Below, piece after piece: positions 47,101-59,600 of a DNA stretch of 64,000 nucleotides (position 1 is the stretch's first letter; each line of letters starts with the position of its first letter). The translations under genes and the position numbers were made by a program. The notes beneath the pieces are model-generated. The model saw only the letters and a list, made by a program, of their open reading frames with translations. It did no database searches and was not told where the DNA came from. The stretch is from the NCBI GenBank assembly GCA_964016885.1, contig OZ024743.1:141794001-141858000 (forward strand), in the 5' to 3' direction. The DNA is from Eledone cirrhosa (Eukaryota).

Positions 47101-50100
47101 TGCTTGTTGCTTGGTGCCTGGTGTTTCGTGCTTGGTGCTTGGTGCTTGGTGTTTGGTGATTGGTGCTTGGTGTTTGGTGTTTGGTACTTGGTGCTTGGTG
47201 CTTGGTGCTTGGTGCTTGGTGTTTGATGCTGCGTGCTTGGTGTTTGGTGTTTGGTGCTTGGTGCTTGGTGTTTGGTCTTTGGAGCTCGGTGCCTGGTGCT
47301 TGTTGTTTGGTGTTTGGCGCTTGGTGCTTGGTGTTTGGTGTTTGGTGCTTGGTGCTTGGTGCTTGGTATCTGGTGCTTGGTGCTTGATGTTTGGTGTTTG
47401 GTGCTTGGTGTTTGGTGTTTGGTGTTTGGTGCTTGGTGTTTGGTGTTTGGTGTTTGATGCTTGGTGTTTGCTGCTTGGTGCTTGGTGCTTGGTGTTTTGT
47501 GTTTGGTGATTGGTGCTTGGTGCCTGGTGCTTGGTGCTTGGTGCTTGTTGTTTGGTGCTTGGTGCTTGGTGATTAGTGTTTGGTGCTTGGTGCTTGCGGT
47601 TTGGTGTTTGGTGCTTGGGGTTTGGTGCTTGGTGCTTGGTGCTTGGTGTTTGGTGCTTGGTGCTTGGTGTTTGGTGCTTGGTGCTTGGTGTTTGGTGTTT
47701 GGTGCTTGCTGTTTGGTGCTTGGTGCTTGGTGTTTGGTGTTTGGTGTTTTGTGCTTGGTGCTTGGTGTTTGGTGCTTGGTGCTTGGTGCTGGGTGTTTGG
47801 TGTTTGGTGCTTAGTGCTTGGTGTTTGGTGTTTGGTGCTTGGTGCTTGGTGGCTGGTGTTTGGTGCTTGGTGTTTGGAGTTTGGTGCTTGGTGCTTGGTG
47901 CCTGGTGTTTCGTGCTTGGTGCTTGGTGCTTGGTGTTTGGTGTTTGGTGCTTGGTGTTTGGTGTTTGGTACTTGGTGCTTGCTGCTTGGTGCTTGGTGTT
48001 TGGTGCTTGGTATTTGATGCTGCCTGCTTGGTGTTTGGTGTTTGGTGCTTGGTGCTTGGTGTTTCGCGTTTGGAGCTCGGTGCCTGGTGCTTGTTGTTTG
48101 GTGTTTGGCGCTTGGTGCTTGGTATCTGGTGTTTGGTGCTTGATGTTTGGTGTTTGGTGCTTGGTGTTTTGTGTTTAGTGATTGGTGCTTGGTGCCTGGT
48201 GCTTGGTGCTTGGTGCTTGTTGTTTGGTGCTTGGTGCTTGGTGATTAGTGTTTGGTGCTTGGTGCTTGCGGTTTGCTGTTTGGTGCTTGGGGTTTGGTGC
48301 TTGGTGCTTGGTGCTTGGTGTTTGGTGCTTGGTGCTTGGTGTTTGGTGCTTGGTGCTTGGTGTTTGGTGTTTGGTGTTTGCTGTTTGCTGTTTGCTGTTT
48401 GGTGCTTGCTGTTTGGTGCTTGGTGCTTGGTGTTTGGTGTTTGGTGTTTTGTGCTTGGTGCTTGGTGTTTGGTGCTTGGTGCTTCGTGCTGGGTGTTTGG
48501 TGCTTGGTGCTTGGTGTTTGGTGCTTGGTGCTTGGTGCTTGGTGCTTGGTGATTAGTGTTTGGTGCTTGGTGCTTGGGGTTTGGTGTTTGGTGCTTGGGG
48601 TTTGGTGTCTGGTGCTTGGTGCTTGGTGTTTGGTGCTTGGTGCTTGGTGTTTGGTGCTTGGTGCTTTGTGTTTGGTGCTTGGTGTTTGGTGCTTGGTGCT
48701 TGGTGCTTGGTGTTAGGTGTTTGGTGCTTGGTGATTGGTGTTTGATGTTAGGTTCTTGGTGCTTGGTGTTTGGTGTTTGGTGCTTGGTGCTTGGTGTTTG
48801 GTGTTTGGTGCTTGCTGCTTGGTGCTTGGTGTTTTGTGTTTGGAGTTTGGTGCTTGGTGTTTGGTGCTTCGGTCTTGGTGTTTTGTGTATGGTGCTTGGT
48901 GCTTGGTGTTTGGTGTTTGGTGCCTGGTGCTTGGTGTTCGGTGCTTGGTGTTTGGTGTTTGGTGATTGGTGCTTGGTGTTTGGTGCTTGGTGCTTGGTGC
49001 TTGGTGCTTGGTGCTTGGTGTTAGGCGTTTGGTGCTTGGTGCTTGGTGTTTGATGTTTGGTCCATGGTGCTTGGTGTTTGGTATTTTGAGCTTGGTGCTT
49101 GGTGTTTGGTGTTTGGTGCTTGGTGCTTGGTGTTTGGTGTTTGGTGCTTGCTGCTTGCTGCTTGGTGTTTTGTGCTAGGGGCTTGGTGCTTGGTGTTTCG
49201 TGTTTGGTGCTTGGTGTTTTGTGTTTGGTTCTTGGTGCTTGGTGACTGGTGCTTGGTGCTTGGTGCTTGTTGTTTGGTGCTTGGTGCTTGGTGATTAGTG
49301 TTTGGTGCTTGGTGCTTGGTGTTTGGTGCTTGGTGTTTGGTGCTTGGTGCCTGGTGCTTGGTGTTTGGTGTTTGATGCTAGGTGTTTGGTGTTTGGTGTT
49401 TGGTACTTGGTGTTCGGTGCTTGGTGCTTGGTGCTTGGTGCTTGGTGTTTGGTGTTTGGTGCTTGGTGCTTGGTGTTTGATGTTTGGTCATTGGGGCTTG
49501 GTGTTTGGTGTTGTGTGCTTGGTGCTTGGTGGTTGGTGTTTGGTGCTTGGTGCTTGGTGCTTGGTGTTTGGCGTTTCCTGTTTGCTGTTTGGTGTTTGGT
49601 GTTTGCTGTTTGGTGTTTGCTGTTTGGTGTTTGGTGTTTGGTGCTTGCTGTTTGGTGCTTGGTGCTTGGTGTATGGTGTTTGGTGCTTGGTGTTTGGTGC
49701 TTGATGCTTGGTGCTGGGTGTTTGGTGCTTGGTGCTTGGTGTTTGGTGCTTGGTGATTGGTGCTTGGTGTTTGGTCCTTGGTGCTTGGTGCATGGTCTTT
49801 GGTGCTTGGGTTTTGGTGTTTGGTGCTTGGTGCTTGGTGTTTGGTGCTTGGTGCTTGGTGCTTGGTGCTTGGTGTTTGGTGCTTGCTGCTTGGTGCTTGG
49901 TGTTTGGTGCTTGGTGCTTGGTGAGTAGTGTTTGGTGATTGGTGTTTGGGGTTTGGTGTTTGGGGCTTGGTGTTTGGTGCTTAGTGCTTGCTGTTTGGTG
50001 TTTGGTGTTTGGTTCTTGGTGCTTGGTGTTTGGTGTTTGGTGTTTGGTGCTTGGTGCTTGGTGCTTGGTGTTTGGTGCTTGGTGCTTGGTGTTTGGTGCT

Positions 50101-53100
50101 GCGTGCTTGGTGTTTGGTGTTCGGTGCTTGGTGCCTGGTGCTTGTTGTTTGGTGTTTGGTGCTTAGTGCTTGGTGTTTGGTGTTTGGTGCTTGGTGCTTG
50201 GTGGCTGGTGTTTGGTGCTTGGTGTTTGGAGTTTGGTGCTTGGTGCTTGGTGCCTGGTGTTTCGTGCTTGGTGCTTGGTGCTTGGTGTTTGGTGTTTGGT
50301 GCTTGGTGTTTGGTGTTTGGTACTTGGTGCTTGGTGCTTGGTGCTTGGTGTTTGGTGCTTGGTATTTGATGCTGCCTGCTTGGTGTTTGGTGTTTGGTGC
50401 TTGGTGCTTGGTGTTTGGCGTTTGGAGCTCGGTGCCTGGTGCTTGTTGTTTGGTGTTTGGCGCTTGGTGCTTGGTATCTGGTGTTTGGTGCTTGATGTTT
50501 GGTGTTTGGTGCTTGGTGTTTTGTGTTTGGTGATTGGTGCTTGGTGCCTGGTGCTTGGTGCTTGGTGCTTGTTGTTTGGTGCTTGGTGCTTGGTGATTAG
50601 TGTTTGGTGCTTGGTGCTTGCGGTTTGCTGTTTGGTGCTTGGGGTTTGGTGCTTGGTGCTTGGTGCTTGGTGTTTGGTGCTTGGTGCTTGGTGTTTGGTG
50701 CTTGGTGCTTGGTGTTTAGTGTTTGGTGTTTGCTGTTTGCTGTTTGCTGTTTGGTGCTTGCTGTTTGGTGCTTGGTGCTTGGTGTTTGGTGTTTGGTGTT
50801 TTGTGCTTGGTGCTTGGTGTTTGGTGCTTGGTGCTTCGTGCTGGGTGTTTGGTGCTTGGTGCTTGGTGTTTGGTGCTTGGTGCTTGGTGCTTGGTGTTTG
50901 GTCCTTGGTGCTTGGTGCTTGGTCTTTGGTGCTTGGGTTTTGGTGTTTGGTGCTTGGTGCTTGGTGTTTGGTGCTTGGTTCTTGGTGCTTGGTGCTTGGT
51001 GTTTGGTGATTGCTGCTTGGTGCTTGGTGTTTGGTGCTTGGTGCTTGGTGATTAGTGTTTGGTGATTGGTGCTTGGGGTTTGCTGTTTGGTGCTTGGTGC
51101 TTGCTGTTTGGTGTTTGGTGTTTGGTTCTTGGTGCTTGGTGTTTGGTGTTTGTTGTCTGGTGCTTGGTGCTTGGTGCTTGGTGTTTGGTGCTTGGTGCTT
51201 GATGCTTGGTGTTTGGTGCTGCGTGCTTGGTGTTTGGTGCTTGGTGCTTGGTGATTAGTGTTTGGTGCTTTGTGTTTGGTGCTTGGTGTTTGGTGCTTGG
51301 TGCTTGGTGCTTGGTGCTTGGTGTTAGGTGTTTGGTGCTTGGTGATTGGTGTTTGATGTTAGGTTCTTGGTGCTTGGTGTTTGGTGTTTGGTGCTTGGTG
51401 CTTGGTGTTTGGTGTTTGGTGCTTGGTGCTTGGTGCTTGGTGCTTGGTGTTAGGTGTTTGGTGCTTGGTGCTTGGTGTTTGGTGCTTGGTGCTTTGTGTT
51501 TGGTGCTTGGTGTTTGGTGCTTGGTGCTTGGTGCTTGGTGCTTGGTGTTAGGTGTTTGGTGCTTGGTGATTGGTGTTTGATGTTAGGTTCTTGGTGCTTG
51601 GTGTTTGGTGTTTGGTGCTTGGTGCTTGGTGTTTGGTGTTTGGTGCTTGGTGCTTGGTGCTTGGTGCTTGGTGTTAGGTGTTTGGTGCTTGGTGATGGGT
51701 GCTTGGTGTTTGGTCCTTGGTGCTTGGTGCATGGTCTTTGGTGCTTGGGTTTTGGTGTTTGGTGTTTGGTGCTTGGTGTTTGGTGCTTGGTGCTTGGTGC
51801 TTGGTGCTTGGTGTTTGGAGTTTGGTGCTTGGTGCTTGGTGCCTGGTGTTTCGTGCTTGGTGCTTGGTGCTTGGTGTTTGGTGTTTGGTGCTTGGTGTTT
51901 GGTGTTTGGAACTTGGTGCTTGGTGCTTGGTGCTTGGTGTTTGGTGCTTGCTGCTTGGTGCTTGGTGTTTGGTGCTTGGTGCTTGGTGATTAGTGTTTGG
52001 TGATTGGTGCTTGGGGTTTGGTGTTTGGGGCTTGGTGTTTGGTGGTTAGTGCTTGCTATTTGGTGTTTGGTGTTTGGTTCTTGGTGCTTGGTGGCTGGTG
52101 TTTGGTGCTTGGTGCTTGTTGTTTGGTGTTTGGTGTTTGGTGCTTGGTGCTTGGTGGCTGGTGTTTGGTGCTTGGTGTTTGGAGTTTGGTGCTTGGTGCT
52201 TGGTGCCTGGTGTTTCGTGCTTGGTGCTTGGTGCTTGGTGTTTGGTGATTGGTGCTTGGTGTTTGGTGTTTGGTACTTGGTGCTTGGTGCTTGGTGCTTG
52301 GTGCTTGGTGCTTGGTGTTTGATGCTGCGTGCTTGGTGTTTGGTGTTTGGTGCTTGGTGCTTGGTGTTTGGTCTTTGGAGCTCGGTGCCTGGTGCTTGTT
52401 GTTTGGTGTTTGGCGCTTGGTGCTTGGTGTTTGGTGTTTGGTGCTTGGTGATTGGTGCTTGGTATCTGGTGCTTGGTGCTTGATGTTTGGTGTTTGGTGC
52501 TTGGTGTTTGGTGTTTGGTGCTTGGTGCTTGGTGTTTGGTGCTTGGTGTTTGGTGTTTGGTGTTTGATGCTTGGTGTTTGCTGCTTGGTGCTTGGTGCTT
52601 GGTGTTTTGTGTTTGGTGATTGGTGCTTGGTGCCTGGTGCTTGGTGCTTGGTGCTTGTTGTTTGGTGCTTGGTGCTTGGTGATTAGTGTTTGGTGCTTGG
52701 TGCTTGCGGTTTGGTGTTTGGTGCTTGGGGTTTGGTGCTTGGTGCTTGGTGCTTGGTGTTTGGTGCTTGGTGCTTGGTGTTTGGTGCTTGGTGCTTGGTG
52801 TTTGGTGTTTGGCGTTTGCTGTTTGCTGTTTGGTGTTTGGTGCTTGCTGTTTGGTGCTTGGTGCTTGGTGTTTGGTGTTTGGTGTTTTGTGCTTGGTGCT
52901 TGGTGTTTGGTGCTTGGTGCTTGGTGCTGGGTGTTTGGTGTTTGGTGCTTAGTGCTTGGTGTTTGGTGTTTGGTGCTTGGTGCTTGGTGGCTGGTGTTTG
53001 GTGCTTGGTGTTTGGAGTTTGGTGCTTGGTGCTTGGTGCCTGGTGTTTCGTGCTTGGTGCTTGGTGCTTGGTGTTTGGTGTTTGGTGCTTGGTGTTTGGT

Positions 53101-53690
53101 GTTTGGTACTTGGTGCTTGCTGCTTGGTGCTTGGTGTTTGGTGCTTGGTATTTGATGCTGCCTGCTTGGTGTTTGGTGTTTGGTGCTTGGTGCTTGGTGT
53201 TTCGCGTTTGGAGCTCGGTGCCTGGTGCTTGTTGTTTGGTGTTTGGCGCTTGGTGCTTGGTATCTGGTGTTTGGTGCTTGATGTTTGGTGTTTGGTGCTT
53301 GGTGTTTTGTGTTTGGTGATTGGTGCTTGGTGCCTGGTGCTTGGTGCTTGGTGCTTGTTGTTTGGTGCTTGGTGCTTGGTGATTAGTGTTTGGTGCTTGG
53401 TGCTTGCGGTTTGCTGTTTGGTGCTTGGGGTTTGGTGCTTGGTGCTTGGTGCTTGGTGTTTGGTGCTTGGTGCTTGGTGTTTGGTGCTTGGTGCTTGGTG
53501 TTTGGTGTTTGGTGTTTGCTGTTTGCTGTTTGCTGTTTGGTGCTTGCTGTTTGGTGCTTGGTGCTTGGTGTTTGGTGTTTGGTGTTTTGTGCTTGGTGCT
53601 TGGTGTTTGGTGCTTGGTGCTTCGTGCTGGGTGTTTGGTGCTTGGTGCTTGGTGTTTGGTGCTTGGTGCTTGGTGCTTGGTGTTTGGTCC
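43455..53690 (+). repeat. Tandem higher-order duplication, period ~5089 bp (727 monomers)
   Basis: ORF pairs 43467/48556, 44213/49302, 44843/49932, 45966/51055 and 46908/51997 are all offset by 5089. The offset drifts to 5110 and 5138 through whole-monomer indels. One private SNV is TTAAGTG at 46361 versus TTAGGTG at 51450. Confidence 0.93.
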
Positions 53691-56600
53691 TTGGTGCTTG
53701 GTGCTTGGTCTTTGGTGCTTGGGTTTTGGTGTTTGGTGCTTGGTGCTTGGTGTTTGGTGCTTGGTTCTTGGTGCTTGGTGCTTGGTGTTTGGTGATTGCT
53801 GCTTGGTGCTTGGTGTTTGGTGCTTGGTGCTTGGTGATTAGTGTTTGGTGATTGGTGCTTGGGGTTTGCTGTTTGGTGCTTGGTGCTTGCTGTTTGGTGT
53901 TTGGTGTTTGGTTCTTGGTGCTTGGTGTTTGGTGTTTGGTGTCTGGTGCTTGGTGCTTGGTGCTTGGTGTTTGGTGCTTGGTGCTTGGTGCTTGGTGTTT
54001 GGTGCTGCGTGCTTGGTGTTTGGTGCTTGGTGCTTGGTGATTAGTGTTTGGTGCTTTGTGTTTGGTGCTTGGTGTTTGGTGCTTGGTGCTTGGTGCTTGG
54101 TGCTTGGTGTTAGGTGTTTGGTGCTTGGTGATTGGTGTTTGATGTTAGGTTCTTGGTGCTTGGTGTTTGGTGTTTGGTGCTTGGTGCTTGGTGTTTGGTG
54201 TTTGGTGCTTGGTGCTTGGTGCTTGGTGCTTGGTGTTAGGTGTTTGGTGCTTGGTGCTTGGTGTTTGGTGCTTGGTGCTTTGTGTTTGGTGCTTGGTGTT
54301 TGGTGCTTGGTGCTTGGTGCTTGGTGCTTGGTGTTAGGTGTTTGGTGCTTGGTGATTGGTGTTTGATGTTAGGTTCTTGGTGCTTGGTGTTTGGTGTTTG
54401 GTGCTTGGTGCTTGGTGTTTGGTGTTTGGTGCTTGGTGCTTGGTGCTTGGTGTTAGGTGTTTGGTGCTTGGTGATGGGTGCTTGGTGTTTGGTCCTTGGT
54501 GCTTGGTGCATGGTCTTTGGTGCTTGGGTTTTGGTGTTTGGTGCTTGGTGCTTGGTGTTTGGTGCTTGGTGCTTGGTGCTTGGTGCTTGGTGTTTGGTGC
54601 TTGCTGCTTGGTGCTTGGTGTTTGGTGCTTGGTGCTTGGTGATTAGTGTTTGGTGATTGGTGCTTGGGGTTTGGTGTTTGGGGCTTGGTGTTTGGTGGTT
54701 AGTGCTTGCTATTTGGTGTTTAGTGTTTGGTTCTTGGTGCTTGGTGGCTGGTGTTTGGTGCTTGGTGCTTGTTGTTTGGTGTTTGGTGTTTGGTGCTTGG
54801 TGCTTGGTGCCTGGTGTTTGGTGCTTGGTGTTTGGAGTTTGGTGCTTGGTGCTTGGTGCCTGGTGTTTCGTGCTTGGTGCTTGGTGTTAGGTGTTTGGTG
54901 CTTGGTGTTTGGTGATTGGTGCTTGGTGTTTGGTGTTTGGTACTTGGTGCTTGGTGCTTGGTGCTTGGTGCTTGGTGCTTGGTGTTTGATGCTGCGTGCT
55001 TGGTGTTTGGTGTTTGGTGCTTGGTGCTTGGTGTTTGGTCTTTGGAGCTCGGTGCCTGGTGCTTGTTGTTTGGTGTTTGGCGCTTGGTGCTTGGTGTTTG
55101 GTGTTTGGTGCTTGGTGCTTGGTGCTTGGTATCTGGTGCTTGGTGCTTGATGTTTGGTGTTTGGTGCTTGGTGTTTGGTGTTTGGTGCTTGGTGCTTGGT
55201 GTTTGGTGCTTGGTGTTTGGTGTTTGGTGTTTGATGCTTGGTGTTTGCTGCTTGGTGCTTGGTGCTTGGTGTTTTGTGTTTGGTGATTGGTGCTTGGTGC
55301 CTGGTGCTTGGTGCTTGGTGCTTGTTGTTTGGTGCTTGGTGCTTGGTGATTAGTGTTTGGTGCTTGGTGCTTGCGGTTTGGTGTTTGGTGCTTGGGGTTT
55401 GGTGCTTGGTGCTTGGTGCTTGGTGTTTGGTGCTTGGTGCTTGGTGTTTGGTGCTTGGTGCTTGGTGTTTGGTGTTTGGCGTTTGCTGTTTGCTGTTTGG
55501 TGTTTGGTGCTTGCTGTTTGGTGCTTGGTGCTTGGTGTTTGGTGTTTGGTGTTTTGTGCTTGGTGCTTGGTGTTTGGTGCTTGGTGCTTGGTGCTGGGTG
55601 TTTGGTGCTTGGTGCTTGGTGTTTGGTGCTTGGTGCTTGGTGCTTGGTGTTTGGTCCTTGGTGCTTGGTGCTTGGTCTTTGGTGCTTGGGTTTTGGTGTT
55701 TGGTGCTTGGTGCTTGGTGTTTGGTGCTTGGTTCTTGGTGCTTGGTGCTTGGTGTTTGGTGATTGCTGCTTGGTGCTTGGTGTTTGGTGCTTGGTGCTTG
55801 GTGATTAGTGTTTTGTGATTGGTGCTTGGGATTTGCTGTTTGGTGCTTGGTGTTTGGTGCTTGGTGCTTGATGTTTGGTGTTTGGTGTTTGGTTCTTGGT
55901 GCTTGGTGTTTGGTGTTTGGTGTCTGGTGCTTGGTGCCTGGTGCCTGGTGTTTGGTGCTTGGTGCTTGGTGCTTGGTGTTTGGTGCTGCGTGCTTGGTGT
56001 TTGGTGCTTGGTGCTTGGTGATTATTGTTTGGTGCTTTGTGTTTGGTGCTTGGTGTTTGGTGCTTGGTGCTTGGTGCTTGGTGCTTGGTGTTAGGTGTTT
56101 GGTGCTTGGTGATTGGTGTTTGATGTTAGGTTCTTGGTGCTTGGTGTTTGGTGTTTGGTGCTTGGTGCTTGGTGTTTGGTGTTTGGTGCTTGGTGCTTGG
56201 TGCTTGGTGCTTGGTGTTTGGTGCTTGGTTCTTGGTGCTTGGTGCTTGGTGTTTGGTGATTGCTGCTTGGTGCTTGGTGTTTGGTGCTTGGTGCTTGGTG
56301 ATTAGTGTTTGGTGATTGGTGCTTGGGATTTGCTGTTTGGTGCTTGGTGTTTGGTGCTTGGTGCTTGATGTTTGGTGTTTGGTGTTTGGTTCTTGGTGCT
56401 TGGTGCTTGGTGCTTGGTGTTTGGTGCTTGGTGCTTGGTGTTTGGTGCTGCGTGCTTGGTGTTTGGTGCTTGGTGCTTGGTGATTAGTGTTTGGTGCTTT
56501 GTGTTTGGTGCTTGGTGCTTGATGTTTGGTGTTTGGTGTTTGGTTCTTGGTGCTTGGTGCTTGGTGCTTGGTGTTTGGTGCTTGGTGCTTGGTGTTTGGT

Positions 56601-59600
56601 GCTGCGTGCTTGGTGTTTGGTGCTTGGTGCTTGGTGATTAGTGTTTGGTGCTTTGTGTTTGGTGCTTGGTGTTTGGTGCTTGGTGCTTGGTGCTTGGTGC
56701 TTGGTGTTAGGTGTTTGGTGCTTGGTGATTGGTGTTTGATGTTAGGTTCTTGGTGCTTGGTGTTTGGTGTTTGGTGCTTGGTGCTTGGTGTTTGGTGTTT
56801 GGTGCTTGGTGCTTGGTGCTTGGTGCTTGGTGTTAGGTGTTTGGTGCTTGGTGCTTGGTGTTTGGTGCTTGGTGCTTTGTGTTTGGTGCTTGGTGTTTGG
56901 TGCTTGGTGCTTGGTGCTTGGTGCTTGGTGTTTGGTGTTTGGTGCTTGGTGATTGGTGTTTGATGTTAGGTTCTTGGTGCTTGGTGTTTGGTGTTTGGTG
57001 CTTGGTGCTTGGTGTTTGGTGCTTGGTGCTTCGTGCTTGGTGCTTGGTGCTTGGTGTTAGGTGTTTGGTGCTTGGTGATGGGTGCTTGGTGTTTGGTCCT
57101 TGGTGCTTGGTGCATGGTCTTTGGTGCTTGGGTTTTGGTGTTTGGTGCTTGGTGCTTGGTGTTTGGTGCTTGGTGCTTAGTGCTTGGTGCTTGGTGTTTG
57201 GTGATTGCTGCTTGGTGCTTGGTGTTTGGTGCTTGGTGCTTGGTGATTAGTGTTTGGTGATTGGTGCTTGGGGTTTGGTGTTTGGGGCTTGGTGTTTGGT
57301 GCTTAGTGCTTGCTGTTTGGTGTTTGGTGTTTGGTTCTTGGTGCTTGGTGTTTGGTGCTTGGTGTTTGGTGCTTGGTGCTTGGTGCTTGGTGTTTGGTGC
57401 TGCGTGCTTGGTGTTTGGTGTTTGGTGCTTGGTGCCTGGTGCTTGTTGTTTGGTGTTTGGTGCTTAGTGCTTGGTGTTTGGTGTTTGGTGCTTGGTGCTT
57501 GGTGGCTGGTGTTTGGTGCTTGGTGTTTGGAGTTTGGTGCTTGGTGCGTGGTGCCTGGTGTTTCGTGCTTGGTGCTTGGTGCTTGGTGTTTGGTGATTGG
57601 TGCTTGGTGTTTGGTGTTTGGTACTTGGTGCTTGGTGCTTGGTGCTTGGTGCTTGGTGCTTGGTGTTTGATGCTGCGTGCTTGGTGTTTGGTGTTTGGTG
57701 CTTGGTGCTTGGTGTTTGGTGTTTGGAGCTCGGTGCCTGGTGCTTGTTGTTTGGTGTTTGGCGCTTGGTGCTTGGTGTTTGGTGTTTGGTGCTTGGTGCT
57801 TGGTGCTTGGTATCTGGTGTTTGGTGCTTGATGTTTGGTGTTTGGTGCTTGGTGTTTGGTGTTTGGTGCTTGGTGCTTGGTGTTTGGTGCTTGGTGTTTG
57901 GTGTTTGGTGTTTGATGCTTGGTGTTTGCTGCTTGGTGCTTGGTGCTTGGTGTTTTGTGTTTGGTGATTGGTGCTTGGTGCCTGGTGCTTGGTGCTTGGT
58001 GCTTGTTGTTTGGTGCTTGGTGCTTGGTGATTAGTGTTTGGTGCTTGGTGCTTGCGGTTTGGTGTTTGGTGCTTGGGGTTTGGTGCTTGGTGCTTGGTGC
58101 TTGGTGTTTGTTGCTTGGTGCTTGGTGTTTGGTGCTTGGTGCTTGGTGTTTGGTGTTTGGCGTTTGCTGTTTGCTGTTTGGTGTTTGGTGCTTGCTGTTT
58201 GGTGCTTGGTGCTTGGTGTTTGGTGTTTGGTGTTTTGTGCTTGGTGCTTGGTGTTTGGTGCTTGGTGCTTGGTGCTGGGTGTTTGGTGCTTGGTGCTTGG
58301 TGTTTGGTGCTTGGTGCTTGGTGCTTGGTGTTTGGTCCTTGGTGCTTGGTGCTTGGTCTTTGGTGCTTGGGTTTTGGTGTTTGGTGCTTGGTGCTTGGTA
58401 TTTGGTGCTTGGTTCTTGGTGCTTGGTGCTTGGTGTTTGGTGATTGCTGCTTGGTGCTTGGTGTTTGGTGCTTGGTGCTTGGTGATTAGTGTTTGGTGAT
58501 TGGTGCTTGGGATTTGCTGTTTGGTGCTTGGTGTTTGGTGCTTGGTGCTTGATGTTTGGTGTTTGGTGTTTGGTTCTTGGTGCTTGGTGTTTGGTGTTTG
58601 GTGTCTGGTGCTTGGTGCTTGGTGACTGGTGTTTGGTGCTTGGTGCTTGGTGCTTGGTGTTTGGTGCTGCGTGCTTGGTGTTTGGTGCTTGGTGCTTGGT
58701 GATTATTGTTTAGTGCTTTGTGTTTGGTGCTTGGTGTTTGGTGCTTGGTGCTTGGTGCTTGGTGCTTGGTGTTAGGTGTTTGGTGCTTGGTGATTGGTGT
58801 TTGATGTTAGGTTCTTGGTGCTTGGTGTTTGGTGTTTGGTGCTTGGTGCTTGGTGTTTGGTGTTTGGTGCTTGGTGCTTGGTGCTTGGTGCTTGGTGCTT
58901 GGTGCTTGGTGCTTGGTGTTTGGTGCTTGGTTCTTGGTGCTTGGTGCTTGGTGTTTGGTGATTGCTGCTTGGTGCTTGGTGTTTGGTGCTTGGTGCTTGG
59001 TGATTAGTATTTGGTGATTGGTGCTTGGGATTTGCTGTTTGGTGCTTGGTGTTTGGTGCATGGTGCTTGATGTTTGGTGTTTGGTGTTTGGTTCTTGGTG
59101 CTTGGTGTTTGGTGTTTGGTGTCTGGTGCTTGGTGCTTGGTGCTTTGTGTTTGGTGCTTGGTGCTTGGTGTTTGGTGCTGCGTGCTTGGTGTTTGGTGCT
59201 TGGTGCTTGGTGATTAGTGTTTGGTGCTTTGTGTTTGGTGCTTGGTGTTTGGTGCTTGGTGCTTGGTGCTTGGTGTTAGGTGTTTGGTGCTTGGTGATTG
59301 GTGTTTGATGTTAGGTTCTTGGTGCTTGGTGTTTGGTGTTTGGTGCTTGGTGCTTGGTGTTTGGTGTTTGGTGCTTGGTGCTTGGTGCTTGGTGCTTGGT
59401 GTTAGGTGTTTGGTGCTTGGTGCTTGGTGTTTGGTGCTTGGTGCTTTGTGTTTGGTGCTTGGTGTTTGGTGCTTGGTGCTTGGTGCTTGGTGCTTGGTGT
59501 TAGGTGTTTGGTGCTTGGTGATTGGTGTTTGATGTTAGGTTCTTGGTGCTTGGTGTTTGGTGTTTGGTGCTTGGTGCTTGGTGTTTGGTGCTTGGTGCTT